Below, piece by piece: positions 9,335-19,816 of a stretch of 64,000 nucleotides of DNA (the first letter of the stretch is position 1; each line of letters begins with the position of its first letter). The notes beneath the pieces are model-generated. The model searched no databases and was not told the origin of the DNA. It was given only the letters and a program-made list of their open reading frames with translations. Origin of the DNA: Marine Group III euryarchaeote CG-Epi1 (GTDB taxonomy: Archaea; Thermoplasmatota; Poseidoniia; MGIII; CG-Epi1); contig MIZA01000021.1 in assembly GCA_001875345.1 (NCBI GenBank), positions 6,222 to 70,221 of the forward strand, written 5' to 3'. Both the position numbers and the translations under genes were made by a program.

Positions 9335-11161
9335 TTATGCTCTTCTAGATCTGGAAATTGTGACTAATAGAAGCGAGAACACAACAAACGCAAATGAAAA
9401 GCCTGGAGTATCTTCACTTTTAGAAGGGAGTGCTTCTCCTATATTCAAAGCAATTGTTAACGGTGCACTTATTCCCTCGGAACTAATTGCCCTAACCCAA
9501 ATAGTATGATTTCCTTTTCCAAGTTGAGTTTGCATAACATCTATCTTATCTATAGAATCAACAGTATGCCAAATATCTTCAATGAGAACATCTCTCCATT
9601 CAATATTGGAAATGTTACCCTCTGTAACAAATTCTAAATTTTGATTTTCATAAACGAAAAATCTAGACGCAGTGTCGTTACCACCATCTGTTTCATTACC
9701 TTCGTAGTAAATAACAGAAGTATCTGCACTCAAATTAATCGAAAGACTAGCATCATATTGAATTGCTTCTTCCAATGCTGCATCCATTAAAACAAATCCC
9801 CAACCGTAATCATTGTTTGGCCTTACAGGATGACTCAACCATCTGTATTCAGCAGTTGATTCCAAAATACTTCGAACCATCAAAGGCTGTAGGTCTGGAT
9901 TTGCTTGAAGAAGTAGAGCTGCCATTCCTGCAACCATGGGTGTAGCCATACTTGTTCCGGAATAGGATGCATAGCCGTTTCCACTGTTTGCTTCAACCGA
10001 CATTACTGCAGAACCGATTGCAGCTACATTAGGCTTAATTTGGCCTTCATGAGTTGGACCCTTACTTGAATAAACTGCTAATTCTTTGCTATCTTCTGTA
10101 GAACCTACAGTTATGACATCCTTAGCTGCACCAGGTGTACCTATTGTTCCGTAACCACCGCTGTTACCTGCTGCTATCATTAACGAAATCCCCGCTGCTA
10201 CCATCTCATTTGCTAAATGGGTAATACGCTCTTCTTGTTCTTGAGTTAATTCAACTAACCAAACACCACCTAAAGACATAGAGGCTGCACGAATATTGTA
10301 TTTGATTTGATTATCAATAGTCCACTCCATACCCTTCATCACTTCTGCAAAGCTTCCTGAACCTCCACCGTCTAATACCTTGACACCGACTAAAGAGGCA
10401 CCAGGGGCAACTCCTCTGTACGGTGTTGAACCATCACTTAATGGACCTTCACCAACTGCACCAGTTCCTGCTGAAATACCTGCACAATGTGAACCATGGC
10501 CTTGATCATCATATGGCTCTGTTTCACCGCTTCCATCGTCCCCGCTGCCATCTAGCGCATCATAGAATGCAACAACCTTAGGATCTGCAGTTGAAGGATC
10601 ATCATCGAAATCATTCAAACCTACATGTAATGGATCAATACCTGTATCAATAATTGCAATGCTAATTCCTTCTCCGGTATATCCAAAGTCCCAAACTGTA
10701 TCAACATGATGAATGCCTATTGCATTATCCAAAGCAATTTGTAACTCACCATTAAGAGTTAGGAAAACTACTCCTTCAACTTCAAGTAATTCATCTAAAA
10801 GTTCAGTTTTGACCTCACCAGAAATTATTGGAATATGGTGAAAACGCCAAGAAGGCTCAAACCCTACTTCATCAATTAACAATTGTTCGTCTTCTTTAGT
10901 AGGCATGTGATCAAAATCTACTAAAACTGAAATTTTACCATCATAAACATACTTTCCTTGCTCGAGTGCTATATCTAACATATCATGCATGCGATTTTTA
11001 TTCATATCCATTCTAGTATCCTCCCACCATCTATCCTCGTTATTTTCTACTAAGGAAGAGTATGAGACTATCTGAAAATTGTCATCAGATTCGCCTCCAA
11101 ATGACAAAGATGGTTGAAAGCTAACCATAATCGCAAGCATAACTGCTACTAGTGCACGCAT
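9335..11161 (-). CDS. S8 subtilisin-like serine protease, secreted, with PGF-CTERM-like anchor
   Basis: Catalytic IIDTG, HGSHCAG, SGTSMATP; signal peptide; C-terminal TPGF + TM + RSRRA. Confidence 0.93.
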   Translation of the reverse strand: MRALVAVMLAIMVSFQPSLSFGGESDDNFQIVSYSSLVENNEDRWWEDTRMDMNKNRMHDMLDIALEQGKYVYDGKISVLVDFDHMPTKEDEQLLIDEVGFEPSWRFHHIPIISGEVKTELLDELLEVEGVVFLTLNGELQIALDNAIGIHHVDTVWDFGYTGEGISIAIIDTGIDPLHVGLNDFDDDPSTADPKVVAFYDALDGSGDDGSGETEPYDDQGHGSHCAGISAGTGAVGEGPLSDGSTPYRGVAPGASLVGVKVLDGGGSGSFAEVMKGMEWTIDNQIKYNIRAASMSLGGVWLVELTQEQEERITHLANEMVAAGISLMIAAGNSGGYGTIGTPGAAKDVITVGSTEDSKELAVYSSKGPTHEGQIKPNVAAIGSAVMSVEANSGNGYASYSGTSMATPMVAGMAALLLQANPDLQPLMVRSILESTAEYRWLSHPVRPNNDYGWGFVLMDAALEEAIQYDASLSINLSADTSVIYYEGNETDGGNDTASRFFVYENQNLEFVTEGNISNIEWRDVLIEDIWHTVDSIDKIDVMQTQLGKGNHTIWVRAISSEGISAPLTIALNIGEALPSKSEDTPGFSFAFVVFSLLLVTISRSRRA

Positions 11162-11205
11162 AAGTTAGTCAAAGGGTCTGGGATAAAAAATATTCGCAGA
11201 AATAA

Positions 11206-11282
11206 TGGTGGACCCGTCGGGATTTGAACCCGAGGCCTCCTGCTTGCAAAGCAGGCGATCTTCCAGGCTGATCTACGGGCCC
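11206..11282 (-). tRNA. tRNA-Ala(TGC), CCA encoded
   Basis: Reverse complement GGGCCCGTAGATCAGCCTGGAAGATCGCCTGCTTTGCAAGCAGGAGGCCTCGGGTTCAAATCCCGACGGGTCCACCA folds as a cloverleaf; anticodon TGC; T loop TTCAAAT. Confidence 0.96.
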
Positions 11283-11325
11283 GATATAGTTTAATGGGGG
11301 AAGGGGGACATAAAAACGACTATCA

Positions 11326-13095
11326 CTATTCCCTTACACCGGTTTGAACATTCCAGAGACGATAATAACTTGATTTATTATCTATTAATTGTTCATGCTT
11401 ACCTGACTCTATTACTTTTCCACCATCTAAGACTATTATAGAATCACTATGTCTTATTGTAGATAGCCTGTGAGCAATAACTATAGTCGTTCTATCTTTC
11501 GATATAAAATCTAAAGATTTTTGTAAGGCTTCTTCTGTCTCGTTATCAACCGACGAGGTCGCCTCATCGAGTACTAAAATTGGAGCATCTTTCAGAACTG
11601 CCCTTGCAATCGAAATTCTTTGTCGTTGACCACCAGATAGCTTGTGTCCCCCTTCACCAATCTGAGTCTCGTACCCGTCTGGTAGACTTTCAATGAAGTC
11701 ATGTATTTCAGCAACTTTAGCTGCCTCAATGATATCAGACTCAGAAGGTTCTTTACTACCGTACGCTATATTTTGTAAGACAGAGCCTGGAAACAATGTA
11801 ATTGTTTGAGTGACCAAAGAAATTGAAGACCTTAAATCCTTCAAACTTAATTTTGATATATCATTTCCATCCAAGAAAATATTTCCTAATTTTGGCACAT
11901 GAAATCTCAACAAAAGACGGATGAGTGTCGTCTTACCGCTCCCTGTGGGCCCAACTATGGCTTGAGTAGTGCCTGGTGCAATTTTAAAATCAAAATTATC
12001 TACTACAAGCTCTCTTCCGGGGTAAGAGAAACTAACATTTTCAAAACTAATTTCTCCTTTGACATTAGAAGAATCTAAAGGCAAAGCCCCCTCTTCAATT
12101 CTAATTTCAGTCTCTAATAAATTAAGAACTCTTGTTGTGGAAACCATGGCTCTTTGGTACAAGTCAAAAGTTTCTCCCAACCTAGTTAAAGGCCAAAGAA
12201 GTCTTTGCATCATAAAAATCATAACGCTGTAAGATGCGATAGCCATTTCCCCTTCTAAAGTTATCAAACCACCATGAAGTAACGTGCCTGTAAATCCAAC
12301 AAGAATGGCCATTCGAATTAGTGGAACAAAGGCAGCACTGAGTCTTATTGCGTCTTGATTAGCCTCACGGTAGGCTTGAGATGCTTTTCTAACTCTTTCG
12401 ACTTCAAGCTCTTCAGTTGTGAAACTCTTAATTGTACTAATTCCACTCAAATTATTGGACAACAATGCATTAAGTAAGCCAACTTCTTTCCTCACTTTAG
12501 AATATCTGGGCGCTATTCGAGATTGAAACATAAAGGACCCAATAACAATAACTGGAATTGCTCCAATCGAGTATAGAGCTATTGTAGGTGAAATATAGAA
12601 AAAAATTGCTCCTATTATCACAACAGTAGTACTAACTTGTAGTATTTCATTTGCACCTTTATCCAAAAATCTCTCTAATTGATTAATATCATCATTCAAA
12701 ATTGACATTAATTCCCCTTTAGATTGATCTCCAAACCACTCCATTTCTAAATTCTGAATATGTGAATAAGCATCTAGTCTTAATTCGTGCTGAACTGTCT
12801 GTGCCAAATTACGCCATAATACTCCATAAATATATTCAAATAATGATTCAAAAACCCAGATTATAACTGTTAAAATAGACAACACAATTAATTGTTCCTT
12901 AGGGTCTGAATAACCGAAATCTGACAAAACTGATTCTTCTTGCTTAACTACAACATCTACTGCGGCACCTATCAACAAAGGCGGTGCTAAATCGAATATC
13001 TTATTCAAAATAGAAAATAAGGTAGCTAACCACATTGTAGACCTATGATTTTTTGTGTGGGCTAATAATCTACGAATCGGTACTTGCTCAGTCAT
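11326..13095 (-). CDS. ABC exporter, fused TMD-NBD (ABCB/MsbA-like)
   Basis: N-terminal TM domain, GPTGSGKT, LSGGQRQR, LVLDEATS. Confidence 0.92.
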   Translation of the reverse strand: MTEQVPIRRLLAHTKNHRSTMWLATLFSILNKIFDLAPPLLIGAAVDVVVKQEESVLSDFGYSDPKEQLIVLSILTVIIWVFESLFEYIYGVLWRNLAQTVQHELRLDAYSHIQNLEMEWFGDQSKGELMSILNDDINQLERFLDKGANEILQVSTTVVIIGAIFFYISPTIALYSIGAIPVIVIGSFMFQSRIAPRYSKVRKEVGLLNALLSNNLSGISTIKSFTTEELEVERVRKASQAYREANQDAIRLSAAFVPLIRMAILVGFTGTLLHGGLITLEGEMAIASYSVMIFMMQRLLWPLTRLGETFDLYQRAMVSTTRVLNLLETEIRIEEGALPLDSSNVKGEISFENVSFSYPGRELVVDNFDFKIAPGTTQAIVGPTGSGKTTLIRLLLRFHVPKLGNIFLDGNDISKLSLKDLRSSISLVTQTITLFPGSVLQNIAYGSKEPSESDIIEAAKVAEIHDFIESLPDGYETQIGEGGHKLSGGQRQRISIARAVLKDAPILVLDEATSSVDNETEEALQKSLDFISKDRTTIVIAHRLSTIRHSDSIIVLDGGKVIESGKHEQLIDNKSSYYRLWNVQTGVRE

Positions 13096-14120
13096 TGTTG
13101 TCTTACTCTTGCATAGTGTCCATCTGAAATTTGAACAAGTGGAATTACTTCGTTCAAACTTGAACGAACAATATAGTCAATTCCCTTTCCTTCAATTGCA
13201 CTAATTTCCAATTTCTCTTGCTCTGTTATTTCTGTAGCCAATTTAGCTTTTGATTCATCTAAATAATTAATTGGACTTGGAACATCTCCAAGAATCATAA
13301 TTTTATCCTTATTTTTATCAAAACTTGGAGTTGCAGACAAAAGGGCTTTGGTATATGGATGCTGAGGATTAGAAAATAATTCGTCAGTGTCTGCTTCTTC
13401 AACAACCCTACCCAAATACATGACTGCTAAGCGATCACACATGTACTCAATTACTGATAAGTCATGTGAAATGAAAATATAAGTTAAATCATATTTCTTT
13501 TGTAAGTCATTGAGAAGATTAAGAATTTGAGCTTGGACTGACACATCTAAAGCAGAAGTAGGTTCATCTAAAACTAATATTTTTGGATCAAGGGCAAGAG
13601 CTCTAGCAATAACTATCCTCTGTCGCTGACCTCCTGAAAATTCATGTGGATATCTATACAAGTGCTCCTCTCCAAGACCTACATTTTCCAACAACTCAAT
13701 TACTCGCGAACGTACATTATCTGTTTTACCATGTATAACAAGTGGTTCACTCACAATATCTTTAATCAACATTCTCGGGTTCAAAGCCCCCATTGGATCT
13801 TGAAAAACAACTCCAATTTGTTTACGGAAATTACGTAATTCTTCACTAGTTAACTCCTCTAAATTCTTACTACTAAAATTATTCCCTGTAATTTCCTCAG
13901 ATAAGATAACAGAACCTGATGTAGGTTCTACTAGTCTAAGTAAAGTTCGCATCAAGGTAGTTTTTCCACAGCCACTCTCACCAACTATACCAAATGTTTT
14001 TCCAGATTCAATTTTCAAATCCACACCATCTAAAGCCTTCACCAAGGCCACATCAGTTCCCCAGGAATTTTTAACAGGAAAATGCTTCTTCAAATTTTTA
14101 AGTTTTAATATTTCCTTCAT
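13092..14120 (-). CDS. Oligo/dipeptide ABC transporter ATPase (OppF/DppF-like)
   Basis: GESGCGKT, YPHEFSGGQRQR, DEPTSALDVSVQAQ, HPYTKALL. Confidence 0.92.
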   Translation of the reverse strand: MKEILKLKNLKKHFPVKNSWGTDVALVKALDGVDLKIESGKTFGIVGESGCGKTTLMRTLLRLVEPTSGSVILSEEITGNNFSSKNLEELTSEELRNFRKQIGVVFQDPMGALNPRMLIKDIVSEPLVIHGKTDNVRSRVIELLENVGLGEEHLYRYPHEFSGGQRQRIVIARALALDPKILVLDEPTSALDVSVQAQILNLLNDLQKKYDLTYIFISHDLSVIEYMCDRLAVMYLGRVVEEADTDELFSNPQHPYTKALLSATPSFDKNKDKIMILGDVPSPINYLDESKAKLATEITEQEKLEISAIEGKGIDYIVRSSLNEVIPLVQISDGHYARVRQQ

Positions 14121-15148
14121 AAGACACTAGTCTCCTCTAGATTAGGAACTTTCAATCTTTCCTTACCACCTTTTGGTATAGCTTCCAACAGGCCTTTAGT
14201 ATAGTCATTCTTTGGATTTGAAAATATTTCTTCTACTGTAGCTTGTTCGACAATTTTACCCTTGTACATGACAGCTACCTTTTCACATGTTTCAGCTACT
14301 ACTCCTAAATCGTGTGTTATCAAAAGAACAGACATATTCTCCTCTTTCTGAATGTCTTTAATTAATTGTAATATTTGGGCTTGAATTGTTACGTCCAATG
14401 CAGTTGTTGGCTCATCTGCAATCAGCATTTTAGCTTTACCTGCTAAAGCCATTGCAATCATTACTCTTTGTTGCATACCTCCACTCAATTCATGAGGATA
14501 GGAATTGGCTATTTGTTCGGGATTAGGCAATTTAACTCTAGACAATGCATCAATTACCATCAAATCTAGTGCAGACGCAGGATTATCTCTCTGCAAGTAA
14601 TCTCTTAGGAACATCAACATAATCACAAATAAGAAAGGTAAAGAAAATCTCCATTGGCCCAACATAACAAACAATGAAATAAAGGATATACAGAATGCCA
14701 TTATTGTGAATTCTACGCCAGGGGAAGCTTTCCATTTTTCACTCTTAAAAGTTGGAATTTCTTTTTCTAATGCTAACTTTTGAAGCTCTGCATTTTGATG
14801 AAGGACTAGAATTTCTCCAATTTGCTCATTAACTGTCATGACTGGATTAAGTGCAGATAAAGGGTCCTGGAAAATGATACCAATCTCACCACCTCTTATT
14901 TCTCTTAGTCTTTCATCAGAAGCATTTGTTATATCTTCTCCATTTAGCTTAATGCTGCCATCAACGACTTCACCAGCCTTTGGAAGTAATTTCAGAGCTG
15001 AATAACAGGTGACAGATTTTCCACTACCTGTTTCTCCTACTAAACCAAATATTTCTCCATCTTCAATTTTAAGATTAACTCCATCTAATGCTTTAACGAC
15101 ACCGTCATAAGTATTGAAATTTGTTTTTAAATTTTCGATTTCTAACAT
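14117..15148 (-). CDS. Oligo/dipeptide ABC transporter ATPase (OppD/DppD-like) with internal hydrophobic insertion
   Basis: GETGSGKS, IFQDP, YPHELSGGMQQR, ADEPTTALDVTIQAQ; hydrophobic insert between the Q-loop and the signature. Confidence 0.9.
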   Translation of the reverse strand: MLEIENLKTNFNTYDGVVKALDGVNLKIEDGEIFGLVGETGSGKSVTCYSALKLLPKAGEVVDGSIKLNGEDITNASDERLREIRGGEIGIIFQDPLSALNPVMTVNEQIGEILVLHQNAELQKLALEKEIPTFKSEKWKASPGVEFTIMAFCISFISLFVMLGQWRFSLPFLFVIMLMFLRDYLQRDNPASALDLMVIDALSRVKLPNPEQIANSYPHELSGGMQQRVMIAMALAGKAKMLIADEPTTALDVTIQAQILQLIKDIQKEENMSVLLITHDLGVVAETCEKVAVMYKGKIVEQATVEEIFSNPKNDYTKGLLEAIPKGGKERLKVPNLEETSVL

Positions 15149-17421
15149 TAGTTCCTCTGCTTAGGGTCCAAAATATCCCTAATTCCATCTCCTAAAAGGT
15201 AAAAGCCTAGAGCCCACAAGGCTATGACTAGTCCAGGGAAAAAGAAAGACCACCATTGACCCAGTAAGATATTGTCTTGTCCAAATGAAACAAGTTTACC
15301 CCATTCTGCTAAATCAGGCCCTCCTCCGAATCCTAAAAAGCCTAACGCAGCCAAAGACAATACAATACCTCCCATATCCATAGTAGCAATAACAATTACA
15401 GAGGTAATACAGTTAGGAATGACGTGTTTAAATATTATTCTAAAATCTGAAGCACCTGATGCCTTCGCAGCTTCAATATAGGGCAATTTACGTATTCTGA
15501 GAGCTTCAGCTCTGATAATTCTCGTAAACCCAGGCCACCCCACTATTATGAGAGCGTACATCAACATTTCAATAGAAGTATCCTCAGTAACTGCAATAAT
15601 TGCTAAAGCCAAAACTAAACCAGGGATAGCAATAAAGACATCTGTTATCCTCATTACTATATCATCTACTCTACCTCCATAATATCCAGAAACTGCCCCG
15701 ATTACTACTGCAATAAATGTACCCGTAAATACAACCTTAACTGCAACATCCAGTGAGGTACGGCTTCCCCAAACTATTCCATAATAAATATCGTAACCTC
15801 TGTCAGTACTTCCCAAAATATAACCATCTACTTCACCTGAATCGGCTGTACAAGAAAAATAGCAAGGTGGTTGAAAATTCCTGGGTTGATTGAAAGAAAA
15901 ATGTTCTTCCATTCTCATCGGATCTCTCTGATTTTCTGAAGGCGGTGCAAGCCAAGGTGCAAAAAAGGCAACCGAAATCAAAGATATAACCAAAAAGAGG
16001 CCTAGCATAGTGAGTGGATTCTTTCTGATTTGGTACAGTGTTCTTTTAAATTCATCAAATTTTGGTGTGAGACTGTCTTTCAAATCGTTCCAATTGTATG
16101 CTAGATAACCCAAATAAAAAATAGCTAAAATCATTAAAATAGTCATGAAGAAACCCGATAGTATTGACCAAACTACAAACAAAGTTCCTAATGATAACAA
16201 AAGGAGCCAAAGGTCTTCGGGATTTTTCCAAAATCGTACCCCCATAAAATATAACGAAAACGAAATCAGGGAAACTAGAATAATAACACCAAGTACAACT
16301 GCATAATCTACGCTAAAGTAAGTTGTGACTAAAAGTAATATTGATAGAGAAACTATCACTATCTCTGCTGTACTTGAATGTCCGCTTAATTCAACTCTTG
16401 GATCTAAGAAAGCATACAAAATATCAACAATTAAATTTGCGATTATGTAAAGAAAAGCTGAAAATAAAGTATATGCAAGTATTGCAGATACATCTAAACT
16501 TCGCATTGCTGTAATTGCCCATGCACCCAATCCCGGCCAAGTGAAAATAGTCTCAGTCAATACTGAACCATTAATTAATCCTGCAAATCCCATTCCTAGA
16601 AGCGTTACTGTAGGAATCATTGCATTTGGAGCTCCGTGCTTGTAGGTAATTTGACTTTCAGAAAGGCCCTTAGATTTAGCTGTTCGAATGTAATCTTGAC
16701 CTAAAACATCTAGCATATTTCCTCTCATCAACCGAATAATTGTTGCCATTGAACTATATGCTAAAACGGTAGCTGGAAGTATCATGTGCTTTAAAGCATC
16801 CTTGAAATGAATCCAAGAACCTGCAGCTATAGCATCAAAAAGTAAAAAATTAGTATTCATATCAATAGGATCTTTAATTTCCCAAAGAACTTCATCAAAA
16901 CGCGAAGTAATTGGCCAATTTAATTCAGGAAAATAAACATCAAGAGTTACTGCGAAGAAATATTGAAGAACTAAAGCGAACCAGAAGATTGGTATTGCTG
17001 AACCGGCTAATGCAAATAAACGAATACTATGATCTTCCCATCGATTCTGCCTAATTGACGAAAAAATTCCAAGAGGAATTGCTGTTGCTACAGCAAATAT
17101 AAAAGCTAAAATCGAAAGCTCAAGTGTTGCCGCAAATCTATACCTCAAAGCATCTGATACATCTTCATTTAGAACTTCTGAATAACCCCAATCAAAAGTG
17201 ATTACACTTTTAAGATAAGTAAAATACTGAACATAAATTGGCTCATTAATACCGTGTTTCTCAGCCAACATTTCGTACTGTTCATCAGTAGTTCTTTCGG
17301 TTACGTAAGCAGCTAATGGATCTCCCATGCCATATGACAAGTAAAATGTGATGATAGTAACACCTAGCAAGACCGGAATAGTCAATGCTAATCTTCGGGC
17401 TACATATATCCAAAGTTTCAC
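15148..17421 (-). CDS. Fused OppB-OppC (DppB-DppC) peptide ABC permease
   Basis: First half has DYIRTAKSKGL and DILYAFLDPRV; second half has LGSTDRGYDIY, YIEAAKASGAS and GDGIRDILDP; one continuous ORF. Confidence 0.9.
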   Translation of the reverse strand: MKLWIYVARRLALTIPVLLGVTIITFYLSYGMGDPLAAYVTERTTDEQYEMLAEKHGINEPIYVQYFTYLKSVITFDWGYSEVLNEDVSDALRYRFAATLELSILAFIFAVATAIPLGIFSSIRQNRWEDHSIRLFALAGSAIPIFWFALVLQYFFAVTLDVYFPELNWPITSRFDEVLWEIKDPIDMNTNFLLFDAIAAGSWIHFKDALKHMILPATVLAYSSMATIIRLMRGNMLDVLGQDYIRTAKSKGLSESQITYKHGAPNAMIPTVTLLGMGFAGLINGSVLTETIFTWPGLGAWAITAMRSLDVSAILAYTLFSAFLYIIANLIVDILYAFLDPRVELSGHSSTAEIVIVSLSILLLVTTYFSVDYAVVLGVIILVSLISFSLYFMGVRFWKNPEDLWLLLLSLGTLFVVWSILSGFFMTILMILAIFYLGYLAYNWNDLKDSLTPKFDEFKRTLYQIRKNPLTMLGLFLVISLISVAFFAPWLAPPSENQRDPMRMEEHFSFNQPRNFQPPCYFSCTADSGEVDGYILGSTDRGYDIYYGIVWGSRTSLDVAVKVVFTGTFIAVVIGAVSGYYGGRVDDIVMRITDVFIAIPGLVLALAIIAVTEDTSIEMLMYALIIVGWPGFTRIIRAEALRIRKLPYIEAAKASGASDFRIIFKHVIPNCITSVIVIATMDMGGIVLSLAALGFLGFGGGPDLAEWGKLVSFGQDNILLGQWWSFFFPGLVIALWALGFYLLGDGIRDILDPKQRN

Positions 17422-17458
17422 GTCCTGCTAAAGAACGTTTTACTTAAGAATACAGTGT

Positions 17459-19816
17459 CTAACTCTTACTCAAAGTGTAATACAATGTACCGTGCATCAT
17501 ATTATGATACCAACCATTTACCCAGTCTTTGACAATTCTATAACTCGTTGGTTGATAACACCAAATATGTAATGCTTTTTCATGCTCTAAATCTGCAATG
17601 TCGTAATACATCTGCTGTCTTTGGAAGGTATCTTGTTCGGCCGCCGCTTCCATTATTAAATTATCAAGATCATCGTATTGAAATCCTAAGTAGTTGGAAG
17701 GGTAATATCCCTCTGCACCATGCAAGAAAGGATGAGCGAAGTTGTGCGGATCGGAATAATCTGCACCCCAACCAAGCATGAAAATTGGAATTTCTCTGGT
17801 TTTAAGTTTATCTAAAAACAATGGCCATTCAAGCCCTTGAATTTCAATATTGAAATTAGGATTTAAACTCTCAATCGAATTTTCAAGTAATAATAATCCT
17901 TCAAGCCTTACATCATTACCTAAATTGTAGTAAGCATCAACACTGAATCCGGTATCCCAAACGCCGGCTTCTCTAAAGTGCATTTCTGCCATAGACAAAT
18001 CATAGCTATATTGCGGACCATTTGGATTATATCCTAACATACCGTCTGGAATTGGACCTCTTGGTTGCTGACCTCTATTATCTATTACATCATTGATAAA
18101 TGTATCATAATCAAAAGAATAACAGAATCCTTTCCTGATATCCTCATTAGCAAAAAAATCACTAGATGGCGCAGAACCCTCGTGGTTAGCTATGTCATGA
18201 TTAAAAGATATCTGAATCATAGTCATGGATGGAAGATTAGATTTGTAATCAATATTATCATAAGTTAAAGCTTCATCAACAAATGTTGGTTGAACGTAGA
18301 CTGAATCTGCATTACCTGATCTTAGTTCTAGTAATCTTGCAGATTGATCATTATTTTTTTTGATAACTACAGTTTCTATGAATCCTTTTGCTGTAACCCC
18401 GAAGGACTGTCTCTCACTATCAGACCAACCCCTCCAATAATCTGGATAGTACTGCATTAAAACATACTGCTCTGGAACCCATTTTCCGCCATAATCTTCA
18501 TTCATCATGTATGGACCAGTACCCATTACTTCCTTTTCAATTGAGGTACATTGCACTCCAGCTGCAGGGAATCCGCAACCTTTGCTAGAAACCCAATCCT
18601 TAGAAACAATTGAGCCTGCTGTGTAAGCCATTATTGGCAAAAATCGTGGCGCAGCTTCCTTTAATTGAAATTGTACTGTATATTGATCAATCTTGGTGAT
18701 GCTATCTACTATTCCATCACCGTCTTCATCTGTATCATCAAGTAATTCTGCGTACATCCAAGAAGGACCAAGCCCCATTATCAACAACCTATTAATTGAG
18801 AAAACTACGTCATCTGCGTCCATTTCTGAACCGTCATGGAATGTGACTCCTTGTCTTATCTTAAAAGTGTAAGTCAAACCATCTTGTGATATTCCGCCAT
18901 TAGATGTGGAAGGCACTTCTGTAGCCAAAACAGGAATCAATTTATCTTCCTGATCTCTATCATAAAACACTAAGGTTTCATAAGTATTTGATAGAACTCC
19001 TCCGCTAGCTGAATCGTAAGCTTCTGCTGGATCCAATGTTCGTGGATCTCCTATACTAACTGTTGTGTATACTTTAGGATCTGGAGACTTAGATTCGGAT
19101 GATTGCTCAGCAATTACTCTAATAGTCCTGTAAACTGTATCAGGGATATTCTCTTCGCTAGTAACTGTGAGCTTGACTGGATAACTACCAAGTACTGAAA
19201 AACTACTGAAACCACCTGCAGAACCAAATGTATGAGACACCTCTGAACCTGTACCGGTTTCGCCGTCACCAAAATCCCAAGACCACGAAGTTATTGCTGA
19301 ATTCGATACGGACCAATCTCCATCATCATCTTGAGACCAAGCCCAAGAACCAGCTCCACTAAAATCGATAGAAGCACCGGGGGAAACAACAGAAGCTTTA
19401 ACTGAAAGAATTCCGTGTGGCACTCCTGAACCTTCGTTGACTTCTCCATGTAAGACTGTAATGTACGTTAGTCCCTGATCGTTGTTACCAACAGCCCCGT
19501 CATCATCTGTAACTGATAAGGAAACAATGTAGTCACCAGGGCTTTGGTATCTGTGCATTGCCATTTTGGTAGTTGCTGTATTACCATCTCCAAAGTCCCA
19601 TAAATAGGAAGAAATTGAACCATCTATATCTTCTGATTGTGATGCATCAAATTGTATTTGGTCGTTGAGATTTACAACACGCAGACCGGTTACTACATCG
19701 ACAACAGCAGTAGGATTGATATTTGTACCTATAGCTTCTTCTGTGTCAATACAACCTGAAAACATTAGCAGGCCAACGATGGCCATCGAGCATATTTTTT
19801 GTATTTGATTTTTCAT
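17459..19816 (-). CDS. Peptide ABC substrate-binding lipoprotein (family 5) with two N-terminal PKD domains
   Basis: Lipobox-like FSGC; two WDFGDG PKD cores; TLDPA...YETLV, YTFKIRQGVTFHDG, GTGPY, GWGADYSDP. Confidence 0.9.
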   Translation of the reverse strand: MKNQIQKICSMAIVGLLMFSGCIDTEEAIGTNINPTAVVDVVTGLRVVNLNDQIQFDASQSEDIDGSISSYLWDFGDGNTATTKMAMHRYQSPGDYIVSLSVTDDDGAVGNNDQGLTYITVLHGEVNEGSGVPHGILSVKASVVSPGASIDFSGAGSWAWSQDDDGDWSVSNSAITSWSWDFGDGETGTGSEVSHTFGSAGGFSSFSVLGSYPVKLTVTSEENIPDTVYRTIRVIAEQSSESKSPDPKVYTTVSIGDPRTLDPAEAYDSASGGVLSNTYETLVFYDRDQEDKLIPVLATEVPSTSNGGISQDGLTYTFKIRQGVTFHDGSEMDADDVVFSINRLLIMGLGPSWMYAELLDDTDEDGDGIVDSITKIDQYTVQFQLKEAAPRFLPIMAYTAGSIVSKDWVSSKGCGFPAAGVQCTSIEKEVMGTGPYMMNEDYGGKWVPEQYVLMQYYPDYWRGWSDSERQSFGVTAKGFIETVVIKKNNDQSARLLELRSGNADSVYVQPTFVDEALTYDNIDYKSNLPSMTMIQISFNHDIANHEGSAPSSDFFANEDIRKGFCYSFDYDTFINDVIDNRGQQPRGPIPDGMLGYNPNGPQYSYDLSMAEMHFREAGVWDTGFSVDAYYNLGNDVRLEGLLLLENSIESLNPNFNIEIQGLEWPLFLDKLKTREIPIFMLGWGADYSDPHNFAHPFLHGAEGYYPSNYLGFQYDDLDNLIMEAAAEQDTFQRQQMYYDIADLEHEKALHIWCYQPTSYRIVKDWVNGWYHNMMHGTLYYTLSKS

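Noticed and set aside
11206-11282. tRNA-Ala(TGC) as part of an rRNA operon
   Set aside because: Flanked by protein genes on both sides; no rRNA sequence is present.
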